A stretch of DNA of 64,000 nt, taken from positions 1 through 64,000 of the forward strand of contig JALDZX010000035.1 in NCBI GenBank assembly GCA_022813865.1. Direction: 5' to 3'. Source of the DNA: Xylographa opegraphella (lineage: Eukaryota). Shown here in pieces: positions 13,238 to 25,764 of this stretch (its first letter is position 1; each line of letters opens with the position of its first letter). A program made the position numbers and the translations under genes. The notes beneath the pieces are model-generated. The model did not search any database, was not told the DNA's origin, and was given only the letters and a program-made list of their open reading frames with translations.

Positions 13238-14426
13238 CGAAGCTCACATGGGAGCAATCGATTTGATCCGGGGAAGAAGGGGGGGGGGGAGTAGGGGTCC
13301 GTGTTTACTAATGTAGCCTTTTATGCTATGACCCAACAACGCACCTGCCCAGTATCGGGGTTGAAGTGTTTGGTCCGTATGGATTGCGCCACAGATTCGT
13401 CGGGGTGGTGCCCGTCGTTCTCGAGAGTCCGGACGTCCTTTTTGGCCCTTTTGTACTGTGTAACTTTGAAGCCCCCTAGGAGGCAGGTCCGGAGGATGGG
13501 GGATCGTAGCTGCCCCGGAGATTGGATTCTTCCGAACCGCGCCGTCGGCTGTCGGCTGTTAGCAGGTTTGCAGGCTGCCGCTCGGGTTGCGTGGCAGGAG
13601 CGGGCCGAATTTACGACGCGATTGGTTTGCCGGCCGAGTCCGAGGTAAGGAAAGCGGCTCCACCAAGCGTTCAGCATCGCCAGACGCGTTCTCGGAGAAA
13701 GCAATGGCCACATCGCTTGCACGTCACTCGTGTGAAGCTTGGAGGTCACAGGCGGTGGTCGTGCTGTACCCCAATGGCTTGGGAGCATATGCACTCACAG
13801 GGGCGGGGGGGGTTAAAGCATGTCGACTCCCATTGTTGAGCGAGTGTATCAACCACCGAAGAAAGTACGCGTGATGCGATCGCCATGAAATGCTATCATC
13901 ACCATAGCTCTGCCACCGAGGATGAAACTGATCCCAGGCGAGACGGTTGAATGGGATGCGCTAAAGGGGTTCTGGGGGAGGGGAGGGAGGAGGGGAGGGA
14001 GGAGGGGAGGGAAGAGCGTTCGCGTGGTAGAGGAATGCTCACGGAAGTCTGGACTGAAGAGCGCGTGCCGGGCTGATAGGTCAATTTCAGAGCCGGGTGA
14101 AAGCGGCAGTCCATCAAGCTGGGCATACTCCGTCCACTTCCAGAAAAACCCGTGCCGGCATTGATCGTCGTCCCGTTGATGAACATCCCACAGTAACAAC
14201 GTACTCACAACGTAGTAAGGCGAGTACGTTGAAGTCAATCTTATTCCCTCCAGCAGCACACCGGGACGATGCGCGAAGGCAGCGACCGGGCCTCGGATGG
14301 GGAGTGGAGAGGCCAGTGGAGGGCGGATCTGTCATTGAAGAAGATGACGCAGAGGTCGCGCTCATCTCATTTGAGGGACGTTCCTGCGTGGCGTCCGATT
14401 GACGAAAAGATTGCCAATAATCCGAT

Positions 14427-14473
14427 GGGGCTAACGGGGCTAGGGGGTTAGGGGTTAGGGGGCCTAGGGTTAG
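14427..14473 (+). repeat. Degenerate telomere-like G-tract array (potential G-quadruplex)
   Basis: GGGG CTAAC GGGG CTA GGGGG TTA GGGG TTA GGGGG CCTA GGG TTAG: six G-runs with 3-5 nt loops. Confidence 0.6.
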
Positions 14474-15824
14474 TGGCCAGGGAGCCGGTGGAAAAGGGTG
14501 AAAAGGGAAGGGTAAGGTAAGGTAGTGGGGAGTGTGGAACTCTTCTACGGGAGGGAGGAAGGAATTCCAGTCACTCTACCGGAGTCATAAGTACGGTACC
14601 TACTGCGTAGTACTGTGGTACATACCTACTTTGTAGTTGTCCTATGTGGGCTCCTACATTAGGCAGGTAGGAATTCGAAAGGTTCAAGGATGAGAGAAGG
14701 TGTGGTCGCTGCGGTGGGCAACTTACGTCAGGGTCGGATGACGTTTGGGTGCTGATGCCGATGCTGCTTTGTTTTCCGGACCTACCTCCTGACGCTAGAT
14801 GACCGGCTTCGTGGTCCAGAATGCAGCAAGGACGCGCAGGGTGAGAAGAGCGTAAGGTGAGGTAAGGCAATCATGGGCAGGGAGGGAGACGGGTGAGCAT
14901 GTTGGCCACCCCCTCCTGGCTCGAGTGGCGACTTCGAGTAGGTCCTACTCCGTTGTACGGTACTGGCCACAGAGGTCGCGATGGGCGGAATGGTCTCGGA
15001 CGAAATGATGCTGCCGTCGGATGGGACAAGTTCCTCGACCTATAGGTAGTTCCACAGTGCTTCTCTGCCTAAGGTACCTACACCTTGCCTACCTACCTAC
15101 CCTAACTTGCCCTTACTCGCCAGAGTAGAGGACCGAAGTTTTGGGGCCGGTTGGTGGGACCAAAAGGCCTCGCCAATCTGGCCAACGATGCAGGCGATCC
15201 CTGCAACACGATCTGAGGCCCGATACGGCGTGATCGCTCCCGGGCGCTGGACTGCGCTGGCGCTCTCGCTCTCGCTCACCCCTGCTGCCTTTCCCACTTT
15301 TCCATCGATCCGCTCCACGGCCTCGAGATCGTGCCGGATCAGAAGGGAAGGAAGGCAAACGTGCGTTGCGTTTACGGCTCTGTACGGAGTACATACCTTA
15401 CCTTACCTACCCAGGTAAAGGTAAGGAGTTACGTATCGCTGCCCTCACCCCCCTCACTACGTACCCTATTCTCCCCTCCGCGCACGTTCACCTGCCCCAG
15501 CGGACTGCCGTCGAACAACTCAATTCTCTGTTCTCCTCGACCGAGGAAGTTGTCGCAACTTGTCGCTCTCAATGAGAGCCGTTCGGTGTGGACGGGAGAG
15601 AGATCTGCCACGTTGATCACGGCTATCGTGCAGCAGAAGCGTCTTCCGCGTCCCATTCCCCGACCTTCTGAGTTCTGACAAATCAAACAAAGGCCCCTCC
15701 CCCCCTCGACCCCCATCCCCCCCCCCTCGTTAGCTCCGTCGCCACCAATCGCCGCCAAGCCAGCGCCGGCCTTCGATCTCCCGAGCTTCCACGCCCTCGC
15801 AATCGTGCCACAAGAAATGGAAAA

Positions 15825-15900
15825 CATCCCCATCCCCATCCTCATCCCCATCCCCATCCCCATCCACCACATCCACCACATCCGCCATCCCTCATCCCCA
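15825..15900 (+). repeat. (CATCCC)n / (CATCCAC)-like microsatellite
   Basis: Tandem hexamers read directly. Confidence 0.8.
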
Positions 15901-16274
15901 CCCCCCCATTCCTTTGCCAACAAGGTGTTTGGGTAACGGCATCGTATCCCCCCATCTGCATCCTTATCTTGCATCCTCTCCCCGTTGGCTTCGGTGTAGT
16001 TGCTTCATCTTCCTTCACCTTCTGTCCAGCGTCGTCTGTTGTGCTCTTGTTTTTGGAAGTCACCCCAACCCATTTTACTGCATTCTCTTGACCTTGCAAC
16101 GCCAACCGCGACTCGTCTCCTTTCTTCGCTTTGACGCATCAATGCAATAGCCTCGAGTCGAACAATTGATTCCAAGGGCCACGAAAGCTAAAAGGCATCG
16201 GCACTGACAACCCTCCCGTCGTTCGAAAATACTATTCGCCACCGGAAGCATCGCCGTCCGGGACAGCCGCCGCA

Positions 16275-17709
16275 ATGCCACCGCAACGAACCATCCCGCC
16301 GGCCAAGGCGATTAAGACCGAGAGAACACACGAGGAGAACCAAGAGCGGTGGGTCTCACAACTCGCTCTCCTCTTACTTGCAACGTGACTAACAACGACT
16401 CAGTGCTTATATTGCCGCATCGCGGCGAAGTGACAGAAGTCTCGAGGCTCGTGTTGAGTCTGCCCGTAGGGCGTCGGAAATACACAAGCGACGGACGGGT
16501 CGCTCGCTTCGCGTCACCGAACAAGATGTCGTGAACGAGGAGATGTACGAGGAAGAGGATGACGACCTCCCGATGCAGTACCGAAGGCTCACAGCCCACC
16601 TCCAGACAGGTTCGGCAGACTTCAATCGCCGTCTGGCGGCATATCTTACGAATCACGTTGCAATGAGAAGCGCCCTTGATCAAGCCATCACAAATTCCTA
16701 CGCTCAGCAGTACCCCAATGCACCACAGTTCGCACACAACCAGCAGACAATGTATCCGTCACCCTTGATGTCTCCTCAAGGCATGCAACCTCAAGGCATG
16801 CAACAGCAATCCTTCCGACCACCACAGTTCATGCAGCACCAGCCGCCGCCGCCGCATCCTTACCGGCAGTCGCCCTACCCAACCCCGGGTGCTTCTGGTT
16901 TCAGACAACATTCTCACAACAGCTCTTCCATGTCGTCCAAGTTGCTTGATTCGCCTCGCCATCCGAGCACCAGCCCAATCGAATCTTGCGATAAAGAACC
17001 CAACCGGCGAATGTCCATGCCGGCTCCATCGACGTCAGCGTCTGTTGTTCGCTCGCCTCATCCGTCTCAACCTTCTCGGACATCGGATATGCCGAAGCAA
17101 ACGACGGTGAAGACTGAACCCGAAAGCAAAGCTCCACTGCCTAAAATGCCACTCGCGTCCCATCCTATGGGACCGCCGATCACCTCCACAGCAGCACAGC
17201 AGCAGGTCTCGTCGTTATCGATGCCCCAGTTCAACAGCGGTTCTTACCAAGATTTCAGTCCTTTTACTATGTCTCTCCCACCAGAGTCACAGATGCTTCT
17301 AGGCTCTACACTGGATCCCAATGACCCCCTAACAACCATGTTCATGGCTGGTAGCGAAAGCTTCCCTCAACCATACTTCAACAACAATTTCAACCTCAAC
17401 AGCACCAACGTGCTCTCCAAACAAAGTAACTTCCACCCATCATATGATGGTATGAGTGCCACGCTCGCTCCAAGTGCCCTCCATATGTCACCTCTACCAA
17501 CGACTTTTAATGAGCCTGCATCTGCGGCATCCGAGTCTGCCTCGACGTCAGCTTACGGCTTTTGTTTGGATGGCAATCCCGGTGAGTACAAGGGCATCGG
17601 CTTCCTGCAGTGTGGCAGCGGAGGTGCCAGTGGCACCGTGACACCTGGGATTGATAGCAACTGGGATGCTTTCATCGACGATAACTCTTGGGCTGAGAAC
17701 GCGACCTGA
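16275..17709 (+). CDS. Conserved fungal hypothetical protein with transcription-regulator-like architecture, 2 exons
   Basis: ATG 16275 and intron 16349-16403 give MPPQRTIPPAKAIKTERTHEENQER|AYIAASRRSDRSLEARVESARRASEIHKRRTGRSLRVTEQDVVNEEMYEEEDDDLP. A P/Q/S-rich region follows, ending in an acidic-aromatic C-terminus. Confidence 0.85.
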
Positions 17710-18681
17710 AGCTGTCACCTCGAATTCCACTCATCGTCCGTTCATGTTGCTAGGATTACTACTGCACGCCGTCTGAGGTCTTTGTCACGATACAGTACAC
17801 GAACACTTGGCGTTGTTTCTGCCGAAATTTGGCCAACGTAAGAGGGTTGGAGCTCTTGCTTCTGACCCATCACTACCTTCGGGGGCTTTTCGGATTCTGT
17901 CCGGGAAACGGAACGCCCAGCTCCGTGCGTGCCGCTGGATTTTTTGTTTGAAGGTTGAGCCGATGTATTTTTCAGGTGACTCGGCCGTATCGACGGGAAC
18001 TACTCCTCTCTCCAGTCCGAAATCTTGCTTCTTGGGAATTTCACGAACGACGATCCCCGATCCCACGGACTGAACACAGTTAAGCGCTTTCGAAGCCGTT
18101 CGGTTTGGAGGAAACTATTGGTCATGGGTTGAATGAACAATTGCCGGATGCTCCGATGAAATGGGTTCATTGTGCCCGGGCGACGTGTGGCGTTTGTATT
18201 AGATCCTACAACATGCCATCTGTGTATATAATCCAATCACACATGTATGAAAACTTGATAGATACATCGCCATGTGCCTCCGTAAGAAATGTAAAAAGAA
18301 TCTGAGCATAGTCGTGCGTATGTTTGTGGGGCTTGTGGACGAGCATAGCCCATTTTTTCCACATCTGAAAACTTTGCGACCTGTGTATCACGAAATCTCG
18401 CGAAACAACATCGGACACACAAGAGTTTATGGTGTCCGGTCACGATCTCGAGCCCCACTCGTTGACCTTGAAAGGGCTAGCCTGCAGACGAGCGCCAAGA
18501 TTTCGCTGTCGCACGTTCAGAGTTCACCGCTCAGGACCTCGATATGCTGCTGCTTCATGTTCGAGCATTTCGGTCTGCATTATGGCAGTCTTTAAGCACC
18601 CTGTGATTTGATTCCTCGAATCTATGACTTGACGCATCGACTGCATTCATACAACAGGTATCAATTACCACGGCAGGCATT

Positions 18682-20419
18682 ATGGCGGAAAGTCTGGAAG
18701 TTCGTGGGCGAAGTTTTTCCCCCAATCGACACTCGAAATTGACGATTGCTTCAGGATCGTCTGCGAAGCCACGCAAAGGCCTTTGATGGTTTACTACAGC
18801 TTATTCCTGCCAATATCTACTATGGAAATGACACTAGCGTACACATGCCCCACTGCTTATTGCCACGATACCGTAGATTGAGGGCTAATAGTTTTCGAAT
18901 GCAGAATCAGTGGCAGCGGAAGAAACAGACCAAAGAGGAAGCTAGAGCTGCGAAGCTTGCAAAGCTCGACCCGGATAACGCGAAGAGCGCAAAGGATGTT
19001 ATGGACGAAAACGCTAGGAAGCGCAAGCGGGAAGAGGACGGAGATATATCGGAGGCAGAGAGGGGTGAGATCGAGAAGCCCAAGGAAGGCCTGAAAGAGA
19101 CCAAGCCAAAGGCGAAGAAGCAGAGGAAGCAAGAAAAGAGTGCATCCGAGCAGGTTCCATGGAAAAGTGGAGGGCGACTTCCAGATATGGAACTCACCAA
19201 AACGAAAGCCGAGAAACGAAAAGAGAAGCGCGAGCGAAGGAAAGCCAAGGATGAGGCTAGAAATGTCAAACTGATGGCCAGGAAAGCACGAAAGGACCAA
19301 GAGACCGCACTGGTTGAGGATGCCAAGGATGATATTCCAATAGGGGACCCCAATGACTTGGACGGCGACGGCAAAACAGCTGCCATCCACCTTGAGCCTG
19401 TCAAGGCTCCCGGTATGAGCGACCAGAACGAAATCCCACAAATATCGGACGGTACTGCTACGCCCTCGCCAACCCCTCCGTCCCCCACTTTCGATGCCTC
19501 TACTGCTCAGTCTGGCACATCGTCTATATCGTCAATCACCCATCCCACCATTCCCGCTTCCAAAGATCGAACGGATCACAATCATAAAATCCTCTCCATA
19601 CCACAGACTGATCCCGAAGAATTGAAAGCTCGACTTCAGCAACGGATCGAAGCTCTCCGAGCAGCACGCAAAGCTAACGCAGCGGATGGTACTGCCGCCC
19701 GTAACCGCCAAGAACTTATGGAGGCTCGCCGACGAAAGGAGGAACAACGGAAGGCTCATAAGAAGGAGCTACGGGTAAAAGCGCGAGAAGAGGAGCTACG
19801 GCAAAGAGACTTGGCTCTCTCGCGCGGATCTCCTCTCCTGTCGCCGGCCATTATGTCACCTGTACCAGGAATGAATGCGATTTCCTCTCCGTTGGGTAGT
19901 CGTGTCGAATCTTCGAATCACTTCTCCTTCGGCCGCATCGCATTCGAAAACGGGCAGACCATGACTGCGACCCTCAACGCAGTCAGAGATCCCCATAAGC
20001 GGAAGGGGCCTCAAGATCCTTTGACAGCTCTTCAAGCGGTTAACAACCGCACGGAACGTATTTCGGCGCTTGACCCTTCCAAACGCGCGGATATCGAAGA
20101 AAAAGACAGCTGGCTGAACGCAAGGAAGAGGGCGCATGGAGAGAGACTCCAGGACGACAGCTCTTTACTGAAAAAAACACTGAAGCGGAAGGAGAAGGCC
20201 AAAAAGAAGAGCGAGAAGGAGTGGGGCGAGCGGATTGAAGGCATAGAAAAAGGGAAGGCGATGAAGCAGAAGAAGAGGGAGGAGAACTTACAGAAGCGCA
20301 AGGATGAAAAGGGGGTGAAGGGGAAGAAAGTCAAGTCGAAAGTGAAGGGAACAAAGAAAGGAAAACCAAAGGCGAGGCCGGGGTTCGAGGGGAGCTTCCG
20401 GGCGGGTGGAAAGAGGTGA
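18682..20419 (+). CDS. RRP14: SURF6/Rrp14 nucleolar ribosome biogenesis protein
   Basis: MAESLE|DRLRSHAKAFDGLLQLIPA N-terminus; SURF6-type C-terminus DDSSLLKKTLKRKEKAKKKSEKEW...RPGFEG. Introns 18700-18754 and 18839-18904. Confidence 0.9.
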
Positions 20420-21042
20420 AAGTGGAAAGCCGTAGAGGCGTTGGCCGGCAAGTATCAGCGAACTCAAAGGCGTGTGCAGGGTGTGTTCGTTTGGTGGCAA
20501 GACCTGGAAGTGTATATGAGTCGAGCCAATTGGATCTTGAGTCTGATGTAAATAGGAAATGCTTTGTAATTATCCGTCCTTCCTGCTAGATGTGATCCCA
20601 AAAAGTTCTTGTAATGCCCATGGAATCATCGGCGGGTCACTCGGGAACGATGGTCTGAATAGAACATATTCGGGCTTGTCTGATCATAAAGTACCCACCA
20701 CCTACTTCGTGAGAAGAAACTTTGGGGTAGAAGTGTCAGGGTGAGAGGAATTTCTGGAGAAGTTCCTCCGATCTCCTTGAAAAGCCTATAGTATAGGTTC
20801 TATCTACCACGTCGGGCCCCACCAATAAGGTAAAATGCCACGCAGTCGACCGTAACAACCTTTTTACATATCGGGTCCCCGAGCATACCCCGTAGAATCG
20901 ATACAACCATGGTAGCCTATGTTTCCCGCTCGGATGCTGCAAAGCCACAGCTTCACCCACGTCGAGTCCGGTTTTTTACTGATCCCATGCGTAGGCCAGG
21001 TCGAACACGAAGTTGAAACCGACCCTCCTCGCGAACGCTCCC

Positions 21043-21554
21043 ATGACACAAGCGAACGAGAAAGCAGCACCTCCAATAGTCGCACCACCCGCCGCCCCTT
21101 GCCATGCGTCCGAGGCGGAAGCCCCTTTGGGCGGCCAGGGGGAACGGAGTCCAGGGTTCGAAGAAAGTTCCGAAGTTGTACGTGCCTCGTATGGTTTGTG
21201 CAGGCAACCCAACGCGGTGTTATCTTTTTATTCTTACCTTCCCCCCGGTTCGGGTTCCTCCGTCTGCTTTTTCCTATCCCGCAATGTTCGATCCCGTCGT
21301 TCTGTCCTCCGTTTTCGATGCCCCGATGTCTCACGCTCTCGATTGGATAGTTGCCACCTCCGCCCAAAGCAGCCACCTTCGACTCGTTCTACCTCCAGGC
21401 CGTGACACGAGAGTTCGCCGACGACATCGACAAGGTACGGAACTCGAGCGACTTCAAGGATAGTTCGTTGCCGATCCTCATCGAGGCGCTGAGGCAGGGG
21501 GTCGGGATTTATGGGGAGGAGGAGAGGGAGCGGGTTATGGGCCGAGGGAAGTGA
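21043..21554 (+). CDS. RSA3: Ribosome assembly protein 3 (Rsa3 domain); start uncertain
   Basis: FDSFYLQAVTREFADDIDKVRNSSDFKDSSLPILIEALRQG resembles the Rsa3 domain. Probable intron 21178-21350. Confidence 0.7.
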
Positions 21555-22373
21555 ATGTGATGCGGAGAACGATGTACGCAAAGATGGAATTCTAATCGAC
21601 GGAGGGCGGAATGTGCGCGAGATTACGGATTCCAAATGGGCGGGGTTTCAACTGGAGGCTGAGCTGAGGTAGGAGCAGCTATGGTCTGAATTGCTTGGAT
21701 CAATGCTTCTTCATGTTGTGCATGCCGACTCTGATCGGATGACCTTCCCTTGTCGGTGGGTGGCCGAGTCTCACCGATTGTGTATAGCATGATGGGCACA
21801 GCGCCGAAGGCTGACACTGAATTTCGCAACTGCAGCTTTCCGAGAGAGACGGTCGACGATGTCGAATCACAGTATCTAGCATAAGCTCCCGTTAGAGAAT
21901 GAATCTTGTTCCATAGCAGCCCATTCACGCCAATAGGACTAGTACCGAAAAAGCCAAAATCGAAATATTTCAAAATATAAAAACTACAAAATAGATTCTG
22001 CGGCTCGCAGGTGAGTTTCCAAAGATTGATTGAAAGGAGAATAATGGGCATAGCCACGGCCATCTCTGCTGTAATGGGGATTAGTAACACTTATTGGGAG
22101 TTGAACTTGGGTGTACGAACGTAAAAGGCAAGAGGTGGATTCTGATAGCTTGTCCCTCTCCACAAGTTACCAAAGTTTCTTATTATCATATACATTACTA
22201 TTTGACACCTAAGTCCCCTGAGTTGATATTTAGGGGCCCCTATCATCAGCCCCAGTGAGAGTCTGCTTAGTGGCGCTGGCCGCTTTCTACAGCTGCTCTT
22301 GCATATAATAAGTGCCCCGCATCAGACAACAACAACCACAACAACTACTACTCCAGCTCTATAAAATCCGACG

Positions 22374-23254
22374 ATGGCCGCTGCGTGTATATTCTGCAAG
22401 ATCATCAAAGGTGAACTTACCATGTCCACATGTCTCTAGCTATCATTCGATCAGGTTACAAGAGCTGACCATGTACAGGCGAGATCCCCTCCTTCAAGCT
22501 CTTTGAATCTCCACACATCCTCGCCTTCCTCGACATAAATCCATTGAGTCGCGGACACGCAGTACGTACAAACTTCATCTTACAATTCATTCGATTGTCT
22601 GTATGGGCGGGCATGGCAGTTGGTGTTCAATAACCTCGAGGATCTGCTACACCCGTAGAACTCAATATGCCACAAGCATTTCCTCGTCTTCTACCCGTCG
22701 TGCTACATCTCTAGTTTCAGGCAAAAGCCCTCGAGATCCATGTCTCCATTGCGGTTACCATATACATGAATACGCTAACTGCCCATACCACAGCTAGTCA
22801 TACCAAAACACCACGGCGAGAAATTGACCGACATCCCTGATGAGCAGCTTCGAGAGATCCTGGTATAGCCTCCGTTACGGCTCGTGTCCTACCCCTGCAT
22901 TCAAGGCCACGAATAATTATGAGGTGACCCCTAATCTCGCTTTCTTCTACGCAGCCCGTCACGAAGAAACTGGTCCTCGCAACCGGCGCGGAGAATTATA
23001 ATATCTTACAGAACAATGGACGGATAGCGCACCAAGTGGTCGATCATGTACACTTTCACATGGTATGTCCACAGCTCAATCGAGAGCAAGACGAAGCAGG
23101 TCTGTCAAAAGGGAAGAAGAGACAAGAGGCGCTAAGGCAGCAGCAGATACCGAAGCCGAACGTGACCGAGGGCTTGAGCATGACATGGCCGATGCAACCG
23201 ACGGACATGGATAAACTGAAGAGCTATTTTGAGGAGGTCAAGGCGAAGATGTGA
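22374..23254 (+). CDS. HNT1: HIT-family nucleotide hydrolase (Hint), 5 exons
   Basis: CIFCKIIKGEIPS, FLDINPLSRGHALVIPKHH, QNNGRIAHQVVDHVHFHMIPKP (histidine triad). Confidence 0.96.
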
Positions 23255-24339
23255 GAAGAGTTGGTCCGTTGTATTGACGATTGGATGTGTATGTATATAG
23301 TAACGACCCTCCCTGTGTAGCATAACCCGGAGCCAACAGAAAGCAGTTCTGTAGGCATTTTCCATCAGTTGACATCGCGGTGATCTTTGTGCTGGAGTCC
23401 GAGTAAATCTGTTTATGCTCGGTCAATCGTTCCCCGCTACCAATAGCAAAACCTGATAGCATGTTGAGCAGCACTTCGTCAATCAGCCAGTCAAAACTGT
23501 AAACTTTCATTATGTAGTTGACGCTATCTGCCCCTTCTCAGCCTCAACCCCAGCCCCAGCGGTATCGATCTACATGTATCTGAGCTGCCCAACCCGTGCG
23601 CTTTCCATCTCCGTCGTCTTCTAATTCTTCTCCCCTTCAGTAGCTTCTACTGTTGGCAGGTGATATAAGAGTAACGGATAAGCAGAAGAGCTCATACGCC
23701 CCCTCTTCACATGTGTATCAACCCGGTACCGAGCATGAAAAGGGGCGTTGCTATGGGTCATGCAACGTCGTCGGAAGATATGAAGAATGGGGACGACGAT
23801 GAGGAGAAGTAGAAGGGGCAGGGAGTAGCTGCTAGATTTACTTGGAGATGGATGCGAATCTACCAGCATGGAGCAGGGAGAGCTTCCATTCCCTGCTCTC
23901 TCGACAAAGAGGTGACGCGTATGCTTCGCTTTCATCCACTATGATTGCTGGTTCGGTGTCAGCCTGGCGCGCTACTCTTCGGGTGTCCCAAGCATCCAGC
24001 AGGGAGTGGGTACCGAGATGAAAAAAAAGCCAAGGATCAATCGCGAGGGGTGTGATAGTCGCGCTGGTGATGTCTGGCTTGGTGGAAAATACACTTGCGG
24101 ATGGAGTTACGTCGGTGCAGCGGATGCTTGTCGTTCAGATCTGATATGGGATCCGATGATTTGGGCAAGTAGCGTGCAGTGGCACCTTCTGGTAGATTAG
24201 TAGTTGGCAGGCCCAAGGGCTCGATGAACATCGCGTTTTCATGCAGGCCATGTGATGGGTTGGGTTGGCTCATCGACCCTGACACCCGGAAGTGTGGTCG
24301 ACGACGAGCATGATAAGATGCCCGTTGGCAGACACCTTC

Positions 24340-25764
24340 TCACTGTGCTTTCCACTTCTTTCCTCCTCCTTTCTGCCAGAGCCACAGAGCCTCCGTGGCG
24401 GTGACTTTGCAACTACGATTCCCTTTGCCATCCTCCTTGTTCGCTTCCGCGGCCAAGGTATCAACCACTCTGCCTTCCTCGACACACTTCCACAACCCAA
24501 GATATAGATCCTCGCCTTCGTCACCAAAATCTCCTCTGCCTAGACGGTATAGAACCCTGCCTAGGGTCTGATACGCGATGCATCTTTGCGCTGCTACGCT
24601 GCTCCGAGATAGGTGCGCCAGCTCGGGAATCGTGTAGCCTGCCGCTTCAGGGGCTTGACCGTGATGATGCAGTCCGTACGTGACGAGTATCTGACGAGCG
24701 AGACGTGGTGGGATAAGCCTTCCTCGAAAATCGAAACGGATGGACGAGATCGTCAACGTGTCCTGCGCGGGATTATAAGGCGAGTCTTGATCGGCGGGCG
24801 AACCCTCGGTGGGAATGGGGGCCATCCAAGCCAATTGATTAGGATCAACCGGGAATTCGGGGAAATATCTTGCATGCATGTTCTTGAGGAAATCGGGGTC
24901 TGCGGGATCGAGGGAAGGCGCTTCCGGGGGGCGAGGAAAGTGAACGTTTGGAGGTATGGGGGTGAATGAAGTGCCTGCTTGGGATTCTTGGGGAGCTGGT
25001 CGGTCAGGAACAGAGATGGATGAAGTAGTTGATTGGAGGTCTTGGGGATCTGGGCTGTCAGGAAGCGAAGTCATGTCCTTGGGTGCCGAATGCGAGGGGT
25101 CGTGGTCATCGGCTGCGGTGACAAAGGTGACCTTTCTCGCACCCTTTGCCACATCCGACGTCGACGTGCGGGGGTGGGAGGAGGCAACAGGTGGATCGGC
25201 AGCGACGCCGAAGCCGTCGTCGGTGTCCGTCCGTCCGTCATCGATGTTTGCCCTTTTCAACAAGCGGTCGATCAAGGACGAGCTCATGCCTGCCACGAGC
25301 TCGGCTCGCTCTCGCTCTATTTCCTCGGCCGACATCCGTGCCAACTTCTGCCGATTCTCCTCCCCGATGGCTTTTCTATCCTCATCGCCCGATCTAGCAT
25401 CATCACGGGCGCCTCGAGCAGCGCTGCCCCCTGGACCGGTGGGCTCTGCTCGTGGGCTTCCATGCTCCAAAGCCGAAAGCACCGCGGGTCTGCCAGCTTC
25501 CTTGTCAGTGGACACAGCCGTCGTCCGCTGCTGCTTAAAGGTCGAGGGTCGGACACGTTTCTTATGCGCCGGAAAGCCGGTCGTCGAGCTCGTCAGGGCC
25601 GGTGGGGCGGGAGGTTTGGGGGCATCGACGGCGGATCGTTCGCAGACGTCGCGTACAGAACCCAAGGCAAGCGACGAGAGAGCGGTCTTCGCATCGGGCG
25701 GGATGCTGCTTTCGTCTTCCTCCGAATCCAAGTCCAGATGAAAACGTTGACCTCGGATCGCCAT
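24340..25764 (-). CDS. RBA50: RNA polymerase II assembly factor RPAP1/Rba50-like, single exon
   Basis: EENRQKLARMSAEEIERERAEL (RPAP1_N-like) and LHHHGQAPEAAGYTIPELAHLSRSSVAAQRCIAYQTLGRV (RPAP1_C-like). Confidence 0.9.
   Translation of the reverse strand: MAIRGQRFHLDLDSEEDESSIPPDAKTALSSLALGSVRDVCERSAVDAPKPPAPPALTSSTTGFPAHKKRVRPSTFKQQRTTAVSTDKEAGRPAVLSALEHGSPRAEPTGPGGSAARGARDDARSGDEDRKAIGEENRQKLARMSAEEIERERAELVAGMSSSLIDRLLKRANIDDGRTDTDDGFGVAADPPVASSHPRTSTSDVAKGARKVTFVTAADDHDPSHSAPKDMTSLPDSPDPQDLQSTTSSISVPDRPAPQESQAGTSFTPIPPNVHFPRPPEAPSLDPADPDFLKNMHARYFPEFPVDPNQLAWMAPIPTEGSPADQDSPYNPAQDTLTISSIRFDFRGRLIPPRLARQILVTYGLHHHGQAPEAAGYTIPELAHLSRSSVAAQRCIAYQTLGRVLYRLGRGDFGDEGEDLYLGLWKCVEEGRVVDTLAAEANKEDGKGNRSCKVTATEALWLWQKGGGKKWKAQ

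Noticed and set aside
13300..14480. Telomerase RNA, suggested by CTAACCCTA on the minus strand
   Set aside because: The repeats are multiple and degenerate rather than one 1.5-unit template, and I could not verify a pseudoknot or CR4/5 element.
13301..16150. Many overlapping 60-180 aa ORFs
   Set aside because: GC-rich, low-complexity DNA with no recognisable motifs or consistent splice structure; likely chance ORFs.
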